Shown here piece by piece: positions 25,099 through 37,688 of a stretch of 64,000 bases of DNA (positions are counted from its first letter, which is position 1; each line of letters begins with the position of its first letter). Under the pieces are notes generated by a model. It was not told the origin of the DNA. It saw only the letters and a program-made list of their open reading frames with translations, and did not search any database. A program made the translations under genes and the position numbers. Origin of the DNA: Cystobasidiomycetes sp. EMM_F5 (Eukaryota); assembly GCA_051047955.1 (NCBI GenBank), contig JBPGPT010000025.1:1-64000 (forward strand). The letters run 5' to 3'.

Positions 25099-27293
25099 AT
25101 GTCGGAGACCCAGGCTGCGGAAGTCAAGAAGCCCGGTCACGTAGACTCGCTCGAGTGGGTGCAGGCTAAGCCATGACGAGAGTGAGATATTATTATTCCT
25201 GACGGTCAAATGTCGAAACAATGCAGCCCGGAGCAGGAAGGCAAGCTCAAGGAGGTATGCCATAGACCTCATGAACAATATGCTCGCTGACTGGTCGTGC
25301 TCAGATCTGGCAACTATTCCTAAAACATACAAAAGACGCCAATGTCGCCGAGCTGCACGCTATCAAAGGCTCTGAGAGTAAAGCAGCAGGCGAGTCAGCA
25401 GCTGGAGCAGACGACATGACGTCGGGTGGTAAAGACGCAGCCAAGAAGCAAGCGAAATCGGATGCCGCAAAGTCGCAAGAGAAACAAGCGCTCGAGGCGA
25501 GATCCCTAGACCAGCTGCTGTCCGAACACGGTTCAAAAGCCATGAAGCGGGCATTCTGGGAGTACACGATGAACGAAGACCCGGACGCTCTCATGCTGCG
25601 ATACCTCCGAGCACGCCAGTGGGACCCCGAGAAGGCCTTTCATATGCTCGCGGCTACTATAAAGTGGCGCATAGAGACGGACGTAGCGGGGATAATTGCA
25701 ATGGGCGAAGAGGGGCTATGCAAGTCTTCGGGTATCAAGAAGAACTTTGAGCTCGGCAAGTGCTACTATCGTGGGACAGACAGGCAGGGCAGGCCAGTCG
25801 TGTTTGCCCACGCAAAACATCACAAAGCATCCGATCAGACTCAGGAGGAGATGCTCAAGTTCCTCGTCTTCAACATGGAGACTGCAAAGACTATCCAACC
25901 AATACGCGCCCCGACAGAGACAGCTTCAGTCGGTAGGTCGAGAGCCACGTCGACTCTGACGTAATGTACAAAAGGTCTGAGCGTCGGTTTTTACGTTCTG
26001 CCAAACAGTCATCGATTTGGCTGGGTTTGGCTTATCAAACATGGATTGGGACACTGCGACCACAGTCATCAAGGTCTTCGAGTCGTACTATCCCGAGTCG
26101 CTCGGCCATGCAGTGCTGTGGAACGCCCCAACCGTCTTCTCCGCGGCGTGGAGGATCGTAAAGCCCATGTTGGACCCTGTCGTTCGCGAGAAGATCACCT
26201 TTGCCAGCAGTGCGACTGAGATTGACAAGGTTGGTCTGCTTACCTTGCGCTTAGTGCACTTTTTTTGACAGACTTTCGGCATCTCTTTGCATGTCGACAG
26301 GTCATCGATGTAAAGCAGTTGGCGAGAACATTTGATGGACAGAGTTCATGGGGCTATCGGTTCAAGGGACCGCAAGCTGGCGAGAATGACCATATGAAGG
26401 ATGAAGAGGAAGTCCTGAAGCGGACAAAGGCGTATTTCGCCGCCGCTGGCAAGTACGAAGAAGCTACCGAAACTTGGATCAGTAGCGGCAAGAACGACGA
26501 TCGCAAGGGCAAGATATTCAAGAAGCTTATCGTCCGCATGATTGACCTTGATCCCTATATCCGGGGCAAGACGCAATTTTCTCGAGATGGTACCCAAGTC
26601 GGTGATGGTAGAGTCGTCTGGCGATATGACCATGGACGTACCCAAGAACTCGGCGAATCCGTCCAGCCTTGGGCGGAAGAGGCTAATATCGAAGATCCAG
26701 CTGAAAGACCGCACAATGGGAATTCGACCGAGGATATTGCGTTATCGAGTGACGAAGATACAGTATCGAGCACGAGTGACAGTGAAGCAGAAGCTATCGA
26801 AGATCCGCATCATCACCATCATAATGCAGTTACAGTTGGATTCGCCAAAGTTGGCGACGGAATTGCAAATGGCTTTTCAAAATTAACGCCTGGACCTAGT
26901 CTGCATGCCAAACGCAAGGCGCTCAAGGAGGAGAGACATAAACGGCACGAAGCGGCCCGTGCGCGTAAACTCGAGGAAAAGCGAAAGCGAATCGAAGCAG
27001 AGAGGCAGAGACAGGAGGAACTCGAGGAGGACAGGATAGCACGCGAACGAAAGGAGGAGGAGGAGATCAATTCCAGCTACATCGACTATGTCAGACGGGT
27101 CGGCAGCCTCAGTCTCTCTGCCACAAACGCTGTCGCAGATTACGTTCCTGCGGGTAAGTCGAAGCTTACTTTCGTAGAGGGATGCAAGACTGACGGAGTG
27201 TGTCATCTGCTTTCCCCTCCAGTGCTTGGCGGCAACATCCTCAAGAAAGTCACGTCCCCCTCCCCTTCCGAGGCTACGGCCGTGACGGTGTGA
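25099..27293 (+). CDS. CRAL-TRIO (Sec14-like, Csr1-type) lipid transfer protein with charged C-terminal extension
   Basis: PGHVDSL..PEQEGKLKE|IW; DPDALMLRYLRARQWD; GTDRQGRPV; FESYYPESLG...NAPTVFSAAWRIVKPMLDPVVREKITF. 3' end uncertain. Confidence 0.88.
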
Positions 27294-28100
27294 GGGAGTG
27301 CCGAGCGTTCCTTCTTGCGCATTCAGTATACACGCACAGACTGCGAGATTGCATCAACAATGGCACACATCACGGACCCTTGGCTGCATCGACAAGTATT
27401 CGTCTCTGAGATTTGGCATTTTCAGTACATCCATTCGCAGGATCAGGCGCAGACGATATCCGTCTACCAGTATTGATGGGTCTAAAGGCATTTGTCCGTG
27501 TAGCGTAATATTCATATCTTGCTCAAACTACTTACCAGGCTCCGACTCTTGGCTATTGCCCACCCGGTATGACATGAATGATAGTTGAGCTTGATGGCTT
27601 CAATGATGATTCTTGATGCTTCGACATTTCCTTGGATGCTATCAGAAGACGATACAGCAGCCTGTCTGACCCACTCTGAGCATCAGCAGCAATGGCTGTA
27701 GTTGAAGACGGACAACGAGGCGACAGCTGGAGGAGCAGCAATACTATCCAAACTAATCAACAGTCCCTTCGCAAATACGGCCAGCCAGAGTATAATACGG
27801 CACCGTAAGATCATGATAACCCCGGGCGGATGCAAATTGCAATACTATCAACCAAGTCACCGCCCCTCAGAAACCAGCTGCCTAGAATGGACAAGCGGGC
27901 TGCAGCTCGACGTCAGCGCAGCAGCAGGTCTAAACGTGCCGCGCCCGAAACATCGAGAGACAAGCCGCTTGCCCGTGGGAACGGGTTTCAGGCTAATCAG
28001 CTGGTTTAAGGGCATGCGCAGCTGAAGAATACTCGGGAGCAGCACAAAAAGTAACGCAGACTGGCTTGTCGCTCTGCCATCTCTCCAATTGATTTACATC

Positions 28101-29920
28101 ATGGCAAGACTCCATTCCGTGTACTGCATCTTGCTCTCGCTCGCCTACGCGGGTATCAGCTCGGCGCAGAATGCAACCACCCAATGCCGGTGGGCAGGCC
28201 AGTACGACACTTCCAGCATCCTCCAAGACTACACTTCCTTTGAGATTGACTATCTCGGCTGGGAGGGAAAGTTTGTCGCAAGAGATCTTGGAATCAACCC
28301 AGTCACGACTCTGACCTACGAAGGAACGGGCTTGGATCTATATAAAGGTCCAGCAAATCTGAGTGCACTGCACCGCAATTCAGCAGCAACTGAAGAGGTA
28401 TGCGTGTAATGCCTCACGCAGAGTTTCCGCCTTGCCGTTGCTGAGTACACTGTCAAATCCTAGGCCTTGCAAATAATGCTGTACGCCAAGGCTGTAAACG
28501 GCAGCTCGCAGGCAGCTCTAGTCTTATCACCCAACAACCGTTCCCAAGCGCCCCAGATTGCGATCGATACCATGACTCTGAAGCTCGCGCAGTATCAACG
28601 CTTCAATGCCACCTATCCTGGTTACGCTGGCTTCATCACGCCATACTACCAGGACCCGAACGGTCAACTCAACTCTACCGTCGATTGGTACAACAGGATT
28701 CCTGCAACCGACAACGGGATTAACGTTTGGGCTATTTACGCGTTTGTCGAAGCATTGCAATTGTCGGGACGGAATGCGACTCTGCAAGCAGGTTGGCAGA
28801 CCTACCTGAATGGACTGAAGCGGACCGCTGTAACCGCGTGAGTAGTGGTGCTACCGCTGATATATTCTGATATTGACACCGGTACATAACGTATAGATTC
28901 TATAAAGCGAACAATGCTTCCATTTGCGCCGTGGCTCGCGTGTATGACGCCCAACTGCCCCCAAACCATATCAACCAGACGTACAGATGTGATTCCAGTG
29001 CGACGCTCAATGATCCGTACGAGGGCGAGTTGTTCACGTTTTGGCTGGATCTATTTGGTAATCTGAGCAGCACTGCAAGCGAGGCTCTGTGGTCAGCAAA
29101 GCGCCCTCAGCTTATCAGAACAAACTACACGCTGGCCAACAATGTCACCGGAACGACCATTACCGTACGTAAGGGACGCTATTTTAATGCGCGAGAGGAG
29201 TGGAATTTGCTCGAGCTACCGTATCTCGCCGTCGACCTGGTCAGGTAAGCTCGACTCGGCTCTTTGCTCTGTTACGCTTCTCACAGAGACCCTCTGCACA
29301 GGCGCGTCTTCCTCAATAACCAACGAGCGAGAACTTGCAACTCTGCAGCGTTGGGCATACCTGGCTTCTTTGCCCCTACGTACAACAGCAGCAATTTTAC
29401 AACTGCTCAAGTCACTGGCTACATTAGCAATGCTGGTATACCGAGTATTGCAAATCAGACTGCGCAGGAGTTGGATGTCATTACACCTTATGGCGGCTTC
29501 CCAATCATGCTCTTCAACAAGAGCGTCGGTCATGCATGGCTGCACAACGTTATGCAAGCCAAGCGCATGCAGAGTGAGTCTGAAATGTTTGTGACTTGCT
29601 GTCCACTCTGACGCTATAGGCGCCCAGATCCGTACGGTACATCGGACTCCATTCGCGTCGATGGAACCGGCATGTCGAGCTTTGTCTCGTGGGATGCCAA
29701 GTTTACAACGGTCAATGCCGTCATGGGCGGAGTGAGCGACTTGGTTGCTAGCAAGATGGTCAGAGATGGCGTATACAGTCGTTTTATCACACGTCTCTCC
29801 AACGAGTACAGTCTGGTCTTTGGCAGCGCTCCCCTCTCTGGCGAGAATGTGCCCTTGTGCCTCCCGACTGCGACGATCCCGGATACGTACCTGACAGACT
29901 ATACCGAGTGTCCCATGTAG
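28101..29920 (+). CDS. Secreted GH162-like endo-beta-1,2-glucanase homolog
   Basis: Signal peptide; YPGYAGF, DWYNRIPATDNG, LNDPYEGELF, LELPY, DVITPY, MQ|..PYGTSDS, SWDAKFTT resemble fungal GH162 motifs as recalled; many N-x-S/T sites. Confidence 0.72.
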
Positions 29921-30548
29921 GTCTGTGAATGTATCGGCCTATGTTTCGCGCCGCACTGTGACAGTGAATAATAATAATATGTAACTATCCAATTTCATAC
30001 ACCTAGACAGCAGTAGATTCCGTAAAGTCGTGGAATTCATACAGACAATGCGATGTGATTGGAACACGAGCTTTGACGGAGCTATATGCGTTTGAATTGC
30101 CAATCGCTTCCATTTGCATTCGTTGGGACATGCAATGTCTCAGTTGAAATTGCGGGGCCATTCGGTCGTGACCCGGAAAGATTAAACCACAACACAGCAA
30201 GCACACACCTACGTAATGACCCCATCGCATACAATACATCTCGGAAACAGTTGTTGTATAACATTGTAATGCTCCATTTGGCAACTATCGTAGCATCCTA
30301 GAGTACTATGGTACCTGCCCCGGAAAGTGTACAGCTGTGGCGGAGTCCGGGCGAGTGAATTGTCGACGACGTAGATGCGTTTGAATGGAATTGTATTGGA
30401 TTCTGCAATGTGCACAACAACCTCGCGGTGATGTGCTGACTGAATAAAACTGCACACTGCCAGCCCTTCAAATTCCACTATTCGCTTTTCTGTCCTATTG
30501 TTTTTGTCTGGCAAGAGCAAAAGGGCATTCGGCAGCCGCACTGCTGCG

Positions 30549-32049
30549 ATGGCTTATCGCAGGGTGTCGACCTTTAGCGATGCAGCTCAGGCGGCAGAGT
30601 CGTGGCTGCTGGGCGAGCGGACACCCAGGCCAGAGGATTGGAGTGTTGGGGATGCAAGGGAGGGCGCAGCTTGGGAAAGTCGAAAGGAAACACAGGTTGG
30701 GCGAGTATCAGCAGCAGCACGGTTCTTACATGGGTGTCTGCTACATCCCGCTCTCCAGGGCGCGCACTCGGGTAGCAAGATTCTGGCATCCGTCGTCGCA
30801 GTCTCTTGTGCACTCCTCTTTGGCACGGCTTTCTTCGCACTCAGCCCGTGGCATAGCTCAACGGCGCTCGTCAAGACGTAAGTTGCTACCTTGCTAGTCT
30901 TTCGTCTGTTTGCTGCATGCTGATGTGTATTGGTTTTGCCATCTCAGATTTCTATATCCCCGCCCGGAAGCCAGGGAAGCGATAACAACACTGCTGACGA
31001 GCCACGCCCTTCTCGCACCTTTGGTCACGGCCACAGTCGGACTGCGTGCGCACTCTCCGAACCGCGACTACATCATCATCGTCCCAGAGCAGTACAAGAA
31101 CGAAGACTCGTTTTCAAACACGTCGCTAAAGGTCATTGCAAAGTTGGGATGGAAGATAAAGTACGTACCACACATACCGATACCTGGAGATGTTCCGTGG
31201 CATTACCGAGACACCATGAACAAGTTGCACATCTGGTAAGTAGAGAAAAGTGCAAGAAGCTTCTTTCGAAACATCTCGACTGACCTCTACATTTGCGCTG
31301 CCGGCACCAGGAACATGACAGATTATGCAAGGATAGCCATGCTGGATCTGGACATTCTCATCAAGGGTTCTCTTGACGAGCCTTTCAATATCCTGCGAAA
31401 CAGCAATTATTCATTAGCAGGCGTTCGCGATACAGGATGGGCGATTGGTCGTGGATCAGAAGATATACGGGACCAGATCAATGCAGGAGGTACAGAAGTG
31501 ATGCTCTCCTCGTGCGCGGTCTCCTCGATGCTGAATATTCGCTCATATTGTCGCAGCAATGTGGGCGAGACCCAACCCGCAACTCTTTCGGGATCTGGTC
31601 GAATACTCTCGCAACGACAGCAACTACGATGTCCGCTATCCCGAGCAGGACATGCTGAGTCATTACTTTTGGTTGACGTGGCTCAACCTCAGTGCCGAGT
31701 ATGGCCTGCTGATTACGTACAAGTTGCTGCTCAAGGAGCGTTACGATCAATACTTTTCGAGTGCCAAAGGTGCCGTGGCTTTGCCCTCTCAAGCGCCTCT
31801 TTGTCAAGCCATACTGACTGCGTCTTCTACGCAGTTGTGCACTACGCCGGTACCTTCAAGCCGTGGCACACCTGCAGCGAAAGCTCCTCTCCGCTCGTGT
31901 GCGGTACGCAGATTGACGAGGGTGTCCGGTTGTGGCGCGCTGCCTTTGTCCGGGGTCTCCAAGAGTACAACCTCGACGTTCGAGACGTACTGCAAGGGCG
32001 ATCCCCGGCGGAGGCAGGCTACGACTGGCTCGATACAGTCGAAGCGTAG
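30549..32049 (+). CDS. GT8 (glycogenin-like) glycosyltransferase, type II membrane
   Basis: N-terminal TM ILASVVAVSCALLFGTAFFAL; MNKLHIW|NMTDYARIAMLDLDIL (DxD), INAG, EQDML, VVHYAGTFKPW. Confidence 0.88.
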
Positions 32050-32773
32050 TTTTATCATTTACGAAACATGGTCGAAATACATGGTCGGCATCTCGTTTAC
32101 GCGCATGGGATATACCGCGTAAAGCGGGAACGGGGGAATCAATACCCACATCAACATTAGCAGTCAGTCATTGGAAGGATAGAGTGGGTGTGTGTTGTAA
32201 ATGTTAACTTGGCAGTACGGCTCTACCCGGTGAAAGTAATAAAACCTTATTTCGGTTCCAAGCCTTAGCGACGACTGCAGTGTGTGTTGTGTTGATGCAC
32301 ATTTCGGACAAGTAATGACTGGATAATGCGCACTTTGACTGCTCGGAATAATGATACAATATCGGCACGATAAGGCTGCGTCGACAATGCATTTAAATCT
32401 GACAGCCATGCCAGACTCGCCTCGAAAACCAGCACGAGCATTAGCACAACACCACGCTGCACAGCATCGCAGTCCTGGTACACGGTCATCAACCTCAACC
32501 ACGCTCGCTGCTGGTTGCTGTCCGAGCTGAGCGGTGCCTCGCTCAAGGCTAGCATAGTTTGCCTGCAATCTGCTCCCGCCTCCCTCGCCGCTTTCGGGCA
32601 GCTACGCACTCGAGGCAATAAATAACAAGCTCTTCGAGGTTTATGCAGGCAAACATGCCTCGTGCGAGGTGCTGCTGATGCCCCGTTACTCTTTCTTGCG
32701 CCGCATCGCAGTTGGCTCCCTCCTTCCACACTATCAGTCACCTCCAGGATCGCCGTCCATATCAAAATCGACA

Positions 32774-34707
32774 ATGGGCATCAGACTGCGGTACAGCTCC
32801 GTAGTCATTGCTATTCTGCTATGCACGCTCCTCTTTGGCATGCCCAGGAGTGCCCCTCCCCCGTTGCACGATCAGAGCTGGCAGGTAGGTCTACTGCCCA
32901 GCTCGTCTGGCTTGTTGAGGAGGTACATTGCTGATTGAAGCGTCTGCCCCTCTCTCTTCTCCTGTGGATGTTGTATACATGTACAAATCGCAGTCTGATT
33001 TGGAGAGATCAATACGGACCCGCTCGACGAGCAACGTCACAAGCACCCTCTCGCTCAAGAATGACGGAGCAGACTTTACGCAGTATCTCGTCGAGTGGGA
33101 AAGTGAAGACGGAGCACGCAAAGCAGTAGACATTTGTCACTTTCGGAACTTTTGCTGGCAACCCGCCATCGACAATGACAATGACAGGGTCCGATACTGG
33201 CTCTTGGCCGACGTCGATCGTTCCTCTTTGGAAGAATCGGATTGGGATTTTAGACGCGCAATGCACTCGTGCTTTCAGACGACTTGGCAGCCATACGCTC
33301 GTTATGGACTCTTATCGCTCGCACATCATTCTGGACCCGTTCACTGGATCAAGGGCAACACCTTTGGATTCAAGAAAGAGGAGCCGGGGTAGGCAGAGCA
33401 TATCCGAATATTGATTGAATCCAGACAGGCTAATTCATATACGTCCCTTGTACGACATCTGCCCTCTAGAACTCATCCTGCTGCTTGGGGCCGCATCTGG
33501 TCGACATTCATGTCGGCCGTCATCCGTGGTGCAGAAGCGCTCGAGCAAAGTGGCATCACAGCGGACGCCTTCTTCAATCACTACCAGGTAAGGCGATCGA
33601 GCACGAAAAGGCTTCGAGAGAGTTTACGCAGACGGGTTGATACTCATTCAATGACTTTTTACTCGTAGCTATTTGAGCAAAACATGCCATTGAACGGCTG
33701 GACACAATTCATCATGCAAGCTTCGACGACGGCAGCGCGGCACAGCTTGCCCGGAGGGCGCTACGGCTCAGCCTTTCACCCGGAAGCTACCGTCACCCCA
33801 AGCAGTATTCATCGCCAGCATGCTGCACAATTTGCAACATGGGGCCAGGACGAAGATTTACATCTAACGGATAGTATGGTGTGCTTTGAAAATATGATTA
33901 CAACCAATACCACCCAACGAGATTACTATCAGAGCAAGATGGATGCGGCGTACTTCTCCAAGCTGGTAAGCTCACACGCGTTTGTGACAACGCTGTTTGT
34001 GGGGTTTGTACCTTTGACTCATCTGTCTACACGCACACAGGCGGTTGCATCGCTTGGACTGGAAGTAGACAAGCGTCGACCTTGCAATCCGCGGTTCCTC
34101 ACCATTGTTTATCTGGCTCGAGACCGACCAGTCTGGAATGAAATGGAGGTGCTACAGGCTCTGACGATACCAGGAATGGCCCCTCCTGTCATTGCAACGA
34201 TCGACGAGAATGTGCCCTACGATCACCAGGTCAAATTGTTCCATTCTGCCGACATTATCGTCTCTGTCCACGGCTCTCAGCTGCAGAATCAGCAATTCAT
34301 GCGTCCAGGATCCGTCATTATCGAACTCTTTCCCCGTTTGTATCATCACGATGAACAGAACCGTCTGGCAGCGTGGAACGACCTTGACTTGGTGCAACTC
34401 AACGGTACAAAGTTCCCGCCTAGAGCCCTTGTAGCGCTGGACGGACCAGATTACCTCACAACGTTAGACGAAGCCGAAGATTTTGCGACCAAATTCAACA
34501 TTGATCAGTGCATGAATGTCCTGCATTGCTAGTACGTAGAGTTGCGACATCAAGTCACACACTTCCCGTCTTTTGGCTGATGTTTTCCATATGATCACCA
34601 GTGAAACGGCGCGCTGGCTTGGAGTCTATGTCGACATTCCCGTTTTCAAGAAGGCGGTAGACAATGCCTTGAAACGTCTTACCAATACTCCTAATTGTGA
34701 ACCCTGA
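32774..34707 (+). CDS. GT61 (DUF563) glycosyltransferase, type II membrane
   Basis: N-terminal TM SSVVIAILLCTLLFGM; CHFRNFCW; HPAAW; QVKLFHSADIIVSVHGSQLQNQQFMRPGSVIIELFP. Confidence 0.82.
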
Positions 34708-35585
34708 TCGATACGGTTTCGCTATAAAAGACGAATTCGACAATCGCTCCTTCTTGCGGCTTTGCCATTCGAAGCGGGCTTACGGAGGCCACCTCCATCG
34801 AAGCATGAGCGCTCAATCATGGATCGCATCTGTGCCGCCATTGAGCCAAGTCTCGGCGCTTCGAGCCTAGACGGGCAGCAATCTGCCTCCTGGGCCGTCC
34901 TCTGCTCGTATGCCGCCGGTCGGCCTATGCGAATATAGGGCTGGACGGAGCAAGACTTTTTCAGATGCAACATCGCGTCGGGCAATCGTACCATTAATAG
35001 AAGGCTGCGCCACTCTGGCGCTCTGCCGTAAGTTTAGACAGTGCAGTAGACAGTAGTTAGCGGAGAGCTTGGTTGCGGTTGTTCCGAGTGAAGTGTCCTG
35101 ACCCACTTCTGTGCGGATATGTATCGTAGCACTCGAACTCTTGTAGCCGTTTATTGTCTCTGCTGAGAGAATTTGGCATAGTCTATCTCCGCACAAACAC
35201 CGAGTCTGTTCATGTTGATTCTAAACCTGAAGACCGCCATAGAACCTGCCTTTCGCATCTTCACCAACGAGCGGCGGATGAGTCAAGTCGACAGCAGATA
35301 CGCTTACTGCACATCATGGGCTTATCCATCCGAGAGTATCACATTGGTCACAATCTCCGCTCGAGCCAGACAGTGAGACACGCATCTTCCAACACCGGTA
35401 CTGCCAGCGAATAATCCAACTGACAGCGAGAGGCATTGCGAGTTGCACGGTCAAACTGAGGTGTTGCTGGTGCTGATGCTGGTGCTGGCTGATGCGATTG
35501 TGCGGGGGCTGGGACTGACACTGACACTGACACTGTCGTTTGAGGCTGATTGGGTATCCGTACGGACATCACTGACACGTCCGCT

Positions 35586-37400
35586 ATGCCCCACGTCGGT
35601 CGAATTGGCCTCCACGATATTCGCATGGCCGTGCCGTCGAGTGCGACCCAGTCCGCCGGGAGGGCCATCAGCTTGCGCAGTCTGCTGGCAATCATGATTG
35701 TACTCGCGACTCTGCTGGTACTGCTCTCAAACTACTCGGCTGGTGTGGCTGCTGGCGACATGGACGCCGCAACAGATATGGCAAGTTATGCTAGGCTAGG
35801 AAAACTCATTAATACCTACATCCCATATCTTGGGAATAGCGGGGACGGCGATCCGGATGCGACAGAGACCTCGGTCATCCAGCAGACCGAGTTGTGTCCC
35901 AACTGCAACTGCTCCGTCCGGGGCGCCTTTACGGAGACACCAGTTTTCAGCGAAGCAGTTCCTTCACTGCGCAATGCCCGCACTCTGTCCCGCACGTCCT
36001 CTCGTCTCGTCAAGCGCTACCTGCTCCACCACATCCAGCTCTACTCTTGGTCTCACCCTATACACATCAGCGACGCAGTCACAGCAAAACTCCTCCAGTC
36101 TTGGTTTAGCTGCCCCGATACCCTATTAGCCTTCAATTTCAGCAACCTCATACTCAATAAGCCAACTGCGTACCCTTACACCAGAACAGGCTCGGGCGGA
36201 CGACTGACCGCCAACATCAGAAGGCTCAGGTATCTCAAGCGACATGCCGAGACGATACAAAAATTTCAGGAGCTAGTCAAAATCGAAGGCTACTACGATG
36301 GAACGCACTATTCGGAGAGGCAGCTCGTCTGGATCATCGTCGAAGACGGTGTGCGCATCGACCCGAGCATCAAAGAATTGCTCGATGCGTCCGGTCTAGG
36401 TGAGTGAAGCTTGCGGAGTGGAGCCTGGCAACTCGCTCACGCTTGTCCCTGCGCTTTGTCAGCGTATCTGTATATCGCTCACGGTGTGCTTCACTAAACA
36501 GGTTGCAACTGAGGACCGCTGAAACCCCTGATTTGTTTCTCCCATAAACAGGCCCGACACATCGATATGGCAATGCACAATGGCAGATTGCAGAGCGCGC
36601 TGTGCACGTCTTGCGCGATGCCTTCTTCGCGTACGCTGCCCTACGTAGCTCGTCTACAATCGAAGAGCCACTGACTCATGGCTCGCCTTTCGCACTAGGG
36701 ACGGTCCAGTGCTCAACATCGACGACGATAGTCGCATCTTGCCCGAACTCCTAAGTAGGGTGTGGAAAGTGCAAAAGGCAATCTTTTGGCAGGTGATTGG
36801 CAGTTACTGGTCGAGAATCGGATGTTTCGTTTCAAGCGATTGAGTCGTTTATTGTTTGACAGGTTGGAAACATGGGACGAAGCGGGCACCTGCACGAAGG
36901 ACCAATCTTTCGGCAGTCGAAAGTAGTCAACTGGATTATCGGCGGTATGCCACATAGGAAGTTTCCTGTGGACATGAATGGCTTTGCATACAATTCGTCT
37001 GCCATCGGTGACGGCCGAGCGGTCCATCCCCCTAAATACGTACCGCGAGATGATTTCGGCGGCGAGTCGTGAGTCAGATTGGCACAGACTTGGAGCATGG
37101 TGGAAGTTAGAGTCTGACGCATCGCGCACGGCTAGGGAATTCCTCGAGCAAATTTTAAAGTCTCGAGCAGAGGTGGAAGCTCTTTGCGAAGATTCGGCTA
37201 TCGAACCATGCCACCTCGCCTGGCACAAGTGTGTCTCGTCATCTAAGCCTTGACGGCAACAACCGAGCTGACTTTTCGTTCACGTCCTCTCTAGCTGGGT
37301 TGAGCACGAACAACCGAAGCGCGCGCAGCTAATGCCTATTGCGGCTCGCAACCGAAGACACAGCGCGCTTGCTGCTGAGTTGGGCCTAGGAGCGGCTTGA
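35586..37400 (+). CDS. GT43-like glycosyltransferase (glucuronosyl/xylosyltransferase family), type II membrane
   Basis: TM LLAIMIVLATLLVLL; PTAY...R...L; LVWIIVEDG; GNAQ; LNIDDDS (DxD); EGPIF; RKFPVDMNGFAYN; GGES|EFL; LAWH. Confidence 0.8.
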
Positions 37401-37688
37401 ACGCTTTTACACAGCCTTTTAGACGGTGCTCTTTCGATATCGACCTCTAGAGAACCCGCCTGTGAATCGCGATTTTTAGCATTTCAGGGCTTGTTTTGGC
37501 CGGCTATCCACTAGAAGTAGATGCGTTTTCTGTCTGTATTGTCGTTATCGCAACCTGAAGAAGCTCTGTGTTGTCTCTGCTGCTCCTACTTTAATTACGC
37601 GTCAAATCTCGATTGCGCGCGTTGGGTGGACCATCCAACAACTGCAAGCATCTCTGCAGACGACACACTGACTGCGACAACTGCAACC

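Noticed and set aside
35460..35537. (CTGACA)n and GCTGGT/GCTGAT repeats upstream of GT43
   Set aside because: Short low-complexity repeats with no evidence of function.
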